From positions 526,719 to 546,718 of the forward strand of contig NW_008246081.1 in assembly GCF_000281045.1 (NCBI RefSeq): a stretch of 20,000 bases of DNA, given 5' to 3'. Source of the DNA: Saprolegnia diclina VS20 (Eukaryota). Positions 9,170 through 17,900 of this stretch are shown here, piece by piece (position 1 is the first letter of the stretch; every line of letters starts with the position of its first letter). The notes under the pieces are model-generated. The model was not told the origin of the DNA. It saw nothing but the letters and a program-made list of their open reading frames with translations, and did no database searches. The position numbers were made by a program, and so were the translations under genes.

Positions 9170-9930
9170 AAACGTTTGTGGTCAAGGTCGAGTGTCGACA
9201 AATGCCAGAAAGGTTGAAGTTGCTGGAAAGACAGGCGAGTTGGATACAAAACGGCCAATCAAATGGCGTGCGCCAGCTGGCGCGTGTCGCAGATCCGGTC
9301 GACCGTTCGTTCCACCGTCGTGCGGCACGCTTGCGTCGCAAAGGTCAACAAAAATGGCCCTTGTGCGCTGCCTTGTACGCGTACTAAGGTCGCAGCAGTT
9401 AGAGCTCGATCGTTGGATATATATTGTCTCGCCAAACCAGCTCCAGCAAATGTGCTGCTGAGCCGTCAACATCTCTCCGATGCGCTCGAGTCGGTTCGTG
9501 CCACCAAGAGCTACTAGCCAAGAGCAAGGACATAGTATCTCATGGTGGGATAGCACATGCTGATGAAGACTTGCAACGAGCGTAGTACAGTAGTCCAAGT
9601 TTCCTTCACCTTGCGCGCCCTGGGAACAACGTAGGCAGCAGCATAACCCGTCGTGTTGACGTGTTGACTTGACGCGTGGGATGTGGATCGACACCACATG
9701 CCACTGTGGATCAGCCTTGCCCCAAGCACGCCACGACATCGTCATGGTCGACTTCCTGCACCTCCAGCACCGAGCACGGAAACACCTCCGCGCTCACAAC
9801 GCGACGGTTCGATTGGATCGCATGCGCGCGATCCGATTGGTGCCCACATACCGTATCCGGACGCGACCTTTGACCAGCCAATGAGCGTGCGTCAAGGATT
9901 CGGGGCACGGGTCTCTCAGTCGCCAACGTC

Positions 9931-11094
9931 ATGGCCACGGTCGTCGAGAGCCATGGTCGCGTCGGCCCGCGCATCTACGCCAAGCTGCGCGCCGACTCGT
10001 TGTACGCGACCGAGTCCGAGTCGGAGACTGACATTGTCGTTGAGATTCGGCCGCGAAAGGCGTCCGAGACCAGCCACCTCCTCGCGCCTCGGTTGGCACC
10101 AGCGACGAGTAGCAGCAGCGCGTCGCCAGGCGTGCCGCTCGTGGGCTTTGGCCTGCTCTTGTGCAGCTTTTGCACGATTTCGTCCTTGGGCGTCGCGTTC
10201 GACCTCATGACGGGCGTCGCGCCGATACTCAAGCTCTTCTGGAAGGTCAGTGGCACCGTCTGCGTCACGTCGGTCCTCTGCCTCCCGAAACTCAAAGGCA
10301 TTTGCAACGGCGCGGTGGCGCTGCCGCAGCTGCACTCGCTGCTCTTGTGCGCGCTCGGCTACAGTCTCTGGAACTGCACGTTCCTCTACGCGCTCGACCA
10401 CACGTCGGTGGACCACGCGTACATTCTCAACAACAGCCACTCGCTCGTGCTCGTGCTCGGCAAGATGCTGCGTCGGCGGCCAGTCGCCTTCCAAGAAGGC
10501 ATTGGCACCGTCATTGGCATCGCCGGCGGCGTCGTCACCGCGCTCGACCACACTTTGAGTCGCACAAAGGCCCTCGGCCCGAACCTCCAAGGCGACGCGG
10601 TCGCCTTCCTCGGCGCGATGGGCGCCGCCGTGTACCTCACGCACGCCAAAGACGTGCGCAGTCAAGCCAACATGGACTTCATGGTCTTCATGTGGCTGCA
10701 CATGTGCACGGTGTGCCTTCTACTGCTGCCGCTCCTCTACGCCACGGACGCGATCTCGCTCTCGACCGACCCGAACCACGGCCTCTTTGGCTGGGTCGAT
10801 CTCACCCGGCTGCCGCTCGAGCTGTACCTTGTGACGGTCTGCGACTTCATCGGCGGCATGGGCTACGTCCGGGTCCTCAAGTACTTTGAGCCGATCGTGG
10901 TCTCGATTGTTATGCTGCTCGAGCCTGTCCTCGCCGTCTGCCTCGGCATCATGGTCGGCGTCTCCAACGTCCCCGGGCTCCTCACCGTTCTTGGCAGTGC
11001 GATCGTGATCCTCGGCACCGCCATGGTCATACACTCGTCGACCAAGCGCGTTCCCGTCAGCGATGTCCGCCCCTCGTATGGCACGACGGCCTAG
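9931..11094 (+). CDS. Drug/metabolite transporter (EamA-like) membrane protein, 387 aa
   Basis: About ten hydrophobic segments after a hydrophilic N-terminus; EamA-type motifs ALDHTSVDHAYILNNSHSL, GDAVAFLGAMGAAVY, VLKYFEPIVVSIVMLLEPVLA...G...PG.LT.LG. Confidence 0.85.
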   Translation: MATVVESHGRVGPRIYAKLRADSLYATESESETDIVVEIRPRKASETSHLLAPRLAPATSSSSASPGVPLVGFGLLLCSFCTISSLGVAFDLMTGVAPILKLFWKVSGTVCVTSVLCLPKLKGICNGAVALPQLHSLLLCALGYSLWNCTFLYALDHTSVDHAYILNNSHSLVLVLGKMLRRRPVAFQEGIGTVIGIAGGVVTALDHTLSRTKALGPNLQGDAVAFLGAMGAAVYLTHAKDVRSQANMDFMVFMWLHMCTVCLLLLPLLYATDAISLSTDPNHGLFGWVDLTRLPLELYLVTVCDFIGGMGYVRVLKYFEPIVVSIVMLLEPVLAVCLGIMVGVSNVPGLLTVLGSAIVILGTAMVIHSSTKRVPVSDVRPSYGTTA

Positions 11095-11232
11095 TCGAAT
11101 AACGCGATTATAGAGAAGAATAGAAGCGTTGTTCTACCCTAATGTGCTACTTAGCTATGGTCGCAAGTCCAAGCGACAACATGTACACTCGAATGCATAA
11201 TCGCCGCTTAGTCTCTGCATATCACAAGAGGA

Positions 11233-13681
11233 TTAGAGAAGCGAGGGCGCGGCCGTGGGCGAGAACGCGCCCTTCTTGCGCGTCGAGCCCGTCACGCGCG
11301 ACCGCGTCTGGAGCACCTCGAGCTCGTCCGGCGTCAAGAAGAGACCGTCGTACTCGGCGTCGACGCTGCCGTCGCTGCGCATGAGCGGCCAGACGCGAAT
11401 CATCCCGTCGTCATACCCCGTCGCGATGATGTTGCGACCGACCGCAAGGCTGCTTGCGCCGCCTTCAACCGCACCCACGTACGTGCAGAGGAGCTGGAAG
11501 GGCGCAACCGCCTGCCAGAGCTTGGTCGTGCCGTCGGCGGCAGTCGACACGAGCAGTTGGCCGTCGTCCGAGACCTGAAGACTCGAGAGACGGCCCTTGT
11601 GTCCATGAAGCGTTCCGATCGGCGCGGACGGCGCCCGCGTGTCGGCCGTGAGGTCCCACACCTTGATCGTGTGGTCCCAGCCACCCGAAAAGAGGAGGTG
11701 GCTCGATGCATGCTTGCCCCACGTGAGGCTGCTGATGACGCTCAAGTGCGCATCCGGGATAAGGCACACTTCCGAGAGCGCGTGGCCGCGCAGCCGCCAG
11801 AGCTTGATCGCGTGGTCGTTGCCGCACGTCGCCAGGCGCACGGCTTGGTTGGTGCTGGGCGCGTTGAAGACGGCGGCAAAGATGTGGCCTTGGTGCGGCG
11901 AGTTGAACTTCTTCGCCGGCGTCAGCGTCTTGATTTCGGCGTCGACCGTGTTGAGAAGCGGGACGTTTGCGCCTTGGTAACTCTGGTTGATAGCGCCCAG
12001 CTTCCAGACGCACAAACTAGTTGCATTCTCAATGCCACGCACGACCAGAGTATGATTCTACCTGTAGTCGTGGGCACCGCTGACAAGAACCGTACCGTCG
12101 GGCGACGACGCCATGCAGTAGACCTTGCCCGCGTGGCCCGTGAGCTCAACGACGCACTGCGCCCCAATGGTGGTGTCCTGCATGACAAAACCCCGAATGT
12201 CATAATCGTTGCCCGAGCAAAAGAGGAGGCGCTGGTCCGGCGTCAGCGCCAGCGCGCCCACCGAGCCGTAGACGTCAAGTTTGGCCTCGCGGTGAATGCT
12301 GCCGACGTTGTAGAGATGGATACGGCCGTCGAGCGACGACGACACGAGGTGCTTGTCGTCATGGAGGAGCGAGACCGACGTGACGGTCCCCGTGTGCGCC
12401 ACAAACTCGTTCAAGAGCACGGGCTTGGCAATGTTGTCGATATTCCAGATGCGCACCTCGTGGTTGCCGGCCGTCGCCATGAGCGGGACGCACGGGTTGA
12501 CTTCCATGCGGAACACGTGCTCATCATGGGCGTTGAGCGACATCAGCAGCTCGTCGCGGGGCATCGCGAGCGGGTTGATCATGCCGGCAGCGTACGCCAT
12601 GTCCGACTTGGACGCGCCGAGGATCTCTTCCAGCGCGAGCTTGTCGGCCACTTCGCGATCGCGCTCGAGGTCCTCGGCCGAGAGAATCGTCTCGTCGTCT
12701 TGGACCACGTCGAGGAGCTTCAAGAGTCGAATCGTGCCGTCGGCCGACGCCGAGTACATGTGCTGCTCGTCGTTGAGGAGGATGATGCGGCGGATGTCGC
12801 CCGTGTGGCCCTTGATGATGCGGATCTCGCGGTGCTGCGCTACGTTCCAGACCTTGATCCTAGAAATCGACACGGGAATGATCATCATCGACGTTGCAAG
12901 TCCGAGTGCGTACGTGTTGTCGCGCGCGCCGGAAAAGAGGATCTTGCCATTCTCCGTGACTGTCAGCGTCACGACGTCGCCTTGGTGACCTTCCATGGAC
13001 GACGACACGCTGCAAGAGATGCTGCCATCGTCCTTGCGCTTCTGGATCGTGTGGGGGTGCAGGCTGCGCACGTCCCAGTTCTTGATCGACGAGTCGCGAC
13101 CGGATGAGAAGAGCGCGTTGGTGTGTGCGCTGAACGTCATGGTCAGAAGCGGCGCCTTGTGCGCGGCGAGCGTCTCGAGGCAGAGCCACTCGGTGGGCAC
13201 CGCGTGGTCGCGCGCCCAGAGCTTGATGGTCGTGTCCTTCGAGCCCGTCGCGAGGATGAGGCCATCGTAGAGCCACGTAGCGCATGTAATGTCGCTCTCG
13301 TGGTTGTTGTCTTCGCCGAGGCCAATGCGGTGCGCAACGTCGCCCGTCTCGACGTTGACAAACGCAAGGCCTTCCGCGCCGGCCACGAGCAAGAGGTCTT
13401 CGCGGTCCGCAAAGAACATGACAACGTGCACCTCCTTCTTGAAGAGCGGGACGATCTTCTCGAGCACGACGCCATTCGCCGTGCCCGTGGACGCGCAGAC
13501 AAAGATGCTGTTGTTGCCAGCGACAAAGGCCAGGCGCCGCCCGGACGGCGACCACGACAGCGGCGAGTCGTGCGAGACGCCGACGACCTGCGCAGAGGTG
13601 AGCTCATGGCGCCATGCTAGCCTTTACCTGGATGGGCTGGACGCAGGTCCGGCTGCGCGCCTCCGTGTAGAGCTCCGCCAT
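11233..13681 (-). CDS. WD40-repeat protein, ~769 aa, probably two beta-propellers; introns 13588..13627, 12860..12913, 12017..12061
   Basis: Many WD repeats: LATGSKDTTIKLW, SSGRDSSIKNWD, GARDNTIKVWN, SASADGTIRL, SSSLDGRIHLYN, SGAHDYSLCVW, TCGNDHAIKLW, SGGWDHTIKVWD, TAADGTTKLW, TGYDDGMIRVW. GT-AG introns join the frames from ATG 13681 (MAELYTEARSRTCVQPIQ|VVGVSHD). Confidence 0.88.
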
Positions 13682-13829
13682 GGTGTTGTGTCGACGCTAA
13701 ACCGAAAATGGATGTCTCTGTCCGGCTGACATCGATGGTGATTGGCCAAAAGGCTGCATTATTGGCCAATCACAGGCGGTCGATCGGCAAGTGGACATTT
13801 GGCGAGTGACACGGAACCAGGCCACGGCT
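13682..13829. promoter_or_regulatory. Compact bidirectional promoter with paired CCAAT elements
   Basis: Only 148 bp between divergent ATGs (13681 and 13830). ATTGGCCAAA at 13741-13750 and palindromic ATTGGCCAAT at 13761-13770. Initiator-like CCATTTT on the minus strand near 13705-13711. Confidence 0.6.
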
Positions 13830-14857
13830 ATGTCGATCGTCGGGACATGCCTGGGCTACTGCCCGCTGCATGAGGCCAAGGAGCGCCGGAAGATGCAAGA
13901 TCTCTCGTAAGTAGACTATCCTCTACATGCACATGCTAACTACTACGCAGCAAATACGAGCGCCCACCGTATGTGCCCGTAAAGAAGTACCGCCGGTCGG
14001 CCGCGGGCGCCATCATCAAGCCCCACGACGTGCGCCCCGTGCATGTGCTCGTCGAGACGACTACGTACCTCTTGAGCTTGCTGCCGTCGCAGCTCACGCT
14101 GCCGCTCGACTTGTACCACTTCCTTGACGACCGCTTCCGCGCCGTGCGCAGCGACCTCACACTGCAAGGCGCCTTCGCCCTGGACGTCCTTCAGCCGATT
14201 GCGCGCTTCTACATCCTCGCCCAGTGCATCTTGCGCCTCGAGACGCGGTCAGGGCCTGTGCCCTATGCGTCACTCCAGAAGCTCCTCGAGGATCAGCTCT
14301 CGTCGGTGTTGCTCCTTCTTCGCGAGTCGTCGGTCGAGTTCCGGCGCCTCCACCTCGTGCTGCACCAAGATGCGCGCGACTTTGCGTACGAGCTCCGCCA
14401 CTGCGCGCAAGCCCCTAACGATGCCACGTGGCGATCGACCCTCGCGCTCGTCACGCCGGCGCCCTACTACATCGCGGGACTCCATCCTCTGGAGACGGAT
14501 TTACTGGCGCGCGCCTTGCGCTTTGGCAAGCTCGAGGCGGATCTGCACCAGCAAATGGTCATCTTGGCCAAGGCGTACACCAAGCAAGACCGATTTCCCG
14601 TGGCTGACCTGGCGCGCTTCCTCCGCTTGCACGAGGAGGCATGCGCTTTGGCGTTGCTGCGCGGCTACGGCGTGGCCGTGACGCCGGCGAGTTTAGATGG
14701 CGAGCCCGCTTTCTTTCGCTTCAACGAAGCGCCGCTGCCCGAGGCGATGACGAGTGATGCGTCGACGACGCTGCTCGTGAGCGAGTTTGCGTCACTCCAG
14801 AGCTTAGGCGGTGACACGTCGTTTCGTGATTTAGCGCTGCTCGGCCAGCCACTGTAA
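13830..14857 (+). CDS. SAC3/GANP family protein (short, SAC3D1-like), ~327 aa; intron 13907..13950
   Basis: Spliced N-terminus MSIVGTCLGYCPLHEAKERRKMQDLSKYE...VKKYRRSAAG......DVRPVHVLVETTTYLL...YHFLDDRFRAVRSDLTLQ......IARFYIL matches the SAC3/GANP consensus (IVGTC..MCP..E; VK.Y.RSAAG; +RP..VL..T..YL; Y.F+.DR.R++R.D+T.Q). Confidence 0.9.
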
Positions 14858-14985
14858 CACACTGTGCAGTGTAGAAACCTAATCCTATTCAGCGAAAGCG
14901 AGGACAATCCTTATTGCACTATCGCAAGAGGCGGGTCTACCGGTTCGAATTTAGCGACTCCGAAACGTAGATTTGTCGGTTGGTG

Positions 14986-17900
14986 ATGGCGCAGGTGCTG
15001 CCCACGACTGCTGTGGCGCCATCGACGCAGAGTCCGCTGCTTGTCGTCTTTGGCGTCGTGTACATCGTCTTCTCGTCGCTGCTCAGCCTCGTGTACGTGC
15101 ACACACTCGCGGTCAGCACCGACAACGACCTGTGGTGGCCCCACTACAACGTCAGCGGCCACGAAGCCTTCCTCGCCGACGTCAGCAACATGCTGCTCGT
15201 GGCCCATGCGTATGCCAATGCGACGTTCCAAGTCAACTTGCTCTCGCTGCGGATGCACAAGACGTATATCGATGCGGAGGCGACCACGTCTCTGTACCCA
15301 ACGTACCCGCGGCAGCTCGCCTATCACGAACTCACCTCGCTCTCGTATGCGATTGCCAACCTCCGGACGCTGAGCGCCACCTGGGCGCTGCAGGTCCACA
15401 CGCAGTGGTGCTATGTCGACTTTGAACAGCACTTTGCGGTTGCCCACACGGCGGCGCGTCAAGCCCGCTGCGAGGTCAAGTACGCGACGAACGCCGCCGT
15501 CTACATCGAGGCGACGCTTCGCAACCTCATCTGGACCGAATTTATTGGTGCGTGGGGCGGCCCTGGTAACGCATTCACGGTGGCGCTCGAAGCCGGCCTC
15601 GCCGCTTCGTCGCGCGGCCAGCGCTGGCTCGAGGTCACATCAACCGCGCGCGCCAACACCAGCGTCGAGGACGAGCTCACGTACTGGCAGTCGTTCGCCT
15701 TGACCTCCTTTACGCTCCAGTGGCAGAACTTTCGGCAAACTGGGGTCACCGAGTCGATGGCGATTTGCAACGCGATGGGTCTCCCGCATACGTTCACGAT
15801 CAAGTCGCTCCACCACTGGCAAGGCCCGGGCACGTCCGTCAACCTCTTTTGGGGCGCCATCAACGACCTTTGGAGCCTCACGCTCTTGAACGCTAGCCTC
15901 CTCACGGGGTCGTCCAACGACTTTCGCTCGATGCGCATCAGCCTCGAGTTCCTCAACGGCAATATGGACGCTAACGGCGGCTTCTCTGCGCCAGCGGCGA
16001 CGCTCCGCGCCCATTTGGGTCCGTTTGTCTCGATCGACGCCTTTCTACTTGGTGTGCCACCGAGTTTGCACGCGGCATACGTGGCGCTCGCAGGTGATGC
16101 CACGTCATCCTCTAGAATGGCGTTGCCGGTGCAACCCAAAGCGTGGGCGAATGCGACCTTTTACACGGGAAATCCGCTCTGCGTCCAAGGACCGATCGCG
16201 ACGACGTTTGCGCAGCGTCCGTTTTCGTTTGAGGACAGCTGTAGCTCGCCGCAGCCGTTGACAGTGCCCCTCACTGCTCACGGTGCGCAATTTGCGCGTG
16301 CCATGAGCTCGATACGACCCGACAACGTGTGCTTTATGCAGCCTCCCGAGTGCATGCGACTGCTTCAGGCCACGCAGGACACCCCGATTGATGCGCTTCT
16401 GCGGCACGATGCAACAGCTGCAACCGCCGCCCTCAACATCAGCCTCGTACAAATCGCCACCAACACCAGTGGCCACTGGCAGCTGCTTCACCAAGCGATC
16501 CTGTCCGAGAGCGACCCCTCGTCATGGCCGCCTTTCTATGGCTGGCTGCTCCTTCACGACTGGATCCTCGGCATCCGCGAAGTCGTCTCGTTCGAGGGCG
16601 ACGCGGCCTCGCTCGTGCTCATTTCAGCGCCGTACGAGCCAGTGCTGTACGCAACAAGCCGCGGCAGCATGGAAGGGGCGACGATGCACATTTGGCACCT
16701 CTTGGCGGCGCTGAACGTTCTCTACGTACTCGTCGCCGCAGCAGTGCTTGTCTACATGATGTGCAGTCCCTTTACGGGCGCCAATGCCTTCTTCTTCAAC
16801 CGCATCATTGGCTCGGTATGGATCGGACGACCGTTTAGCTTTCTCCGCGGGCTCAGTGCGATTGCGCTCCTAAGCACCGCTCCATTGAGCCTTGTCCAGA
16901 CAAGCCCGGGGGTGACCGGCCTTGTCGCGACTCCACGCAGCTGGGTGGAGGCGGCGCTCCTCTCGGGTGAAGCGACGTGGACTACGTACGTGCTCCAAGA
17001 CGTCTTGCTTCTACTACGGACCCCTCATTTGGCGCGGACCGAGCTGCCCCGCGCCAGTCTCGTTTCTTTTTTGCTGGTTTTGGCGCTCGAGCGCGCTTGG
17101 CCTCTGTCGCCGTCGTTGACGCTCGAGCGATCGTGCTACAGCGAGGACATGGACGCGTACGTGCAATGTACCAGTGGCACCATTTACATTGGCAGTGCAT
17201 CTCGCATCCTGCTCTACCTCGCGGTGCCACTTGCTTCCCAGGTCCTCAGTGCCTGCGTCTGGAGATATAGCGCTCCCATCGGCTCGGACGCCACCGACTA
17301 CGACGCTCACCTCTGCGGGCTCTCGCGCGCGCTCTTGCGACATCCGAGCGACAGCACAGATCGTGTCGCGCTGTGCATGTCGGGCATCCTCACATGGGGC
17401 TATCGCGGTCAGCGCTACACCTTTGACATCAAGACGTGGACTTTTCTTCTTGACAACGTCAAAGCGGGTCCACCCGTCGACTTCTGCGCAAAATCAGGTC
17501 TCGCAGTCAGCACGGCGCACAGCGCTGCACCCGCGCGCATCTGTCGCGTCCTGGGCTTTGTCTATGTGGTGAGTGCCATCACGGCCAGTGTCTCGTACAT
17601 GCGAGTGTCGGCCGTGAGCTTGGCCAACGATTTGTTTTGGCCTCACTTCAATAGCACGGGCACGCATGTCTTCTTGGCCACGTGGATCCAGCTGCAGCTG
17701 CTTCTCTACGCAAATCCCAACACGACCGCGCTCACGGCACCTCATGTGAACCTCCCAACCCCCTTCAATGCCACCGGAGCAACAATCTCACCACCACTCA
17801 GCTACGCGACCAAGCTCCAGCACGGCGTCTTTGCCACTCGCCTCGAGGCCATCGTTGCCGGTCTCCGCGCCCTCGACGGCTGCGACGCCCCCTGGGTCTT

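Noticed and set aside
9669..9884. Short frame containing HDIVMVDFLH, faintly like an ankyrin-repeat remnant, plus a small GGATCGC/GCGATCC inverted repeat
   Set aside because: The match is too short and the flanks do not fit; the region is better explained as a promoter with several CCAAT/ATTGG boxes.
3347..13107. Long antisense ORFs (3347..5143 -, 5772..7178 +, 7439..9124 +, 9916..10701 -, 11557..13107 +)
   Set aside because: They mirror well-supported genes on the opposite strand, have no recognisable motifs, and are expected from GC-rich codon bias.
14900..14970. B-box-like GGTTCGAAT at ~14942
   Set aside because: No T-stem pairing, A box or acceptor stem; it sits in a short spacer upstream of the large ORF.
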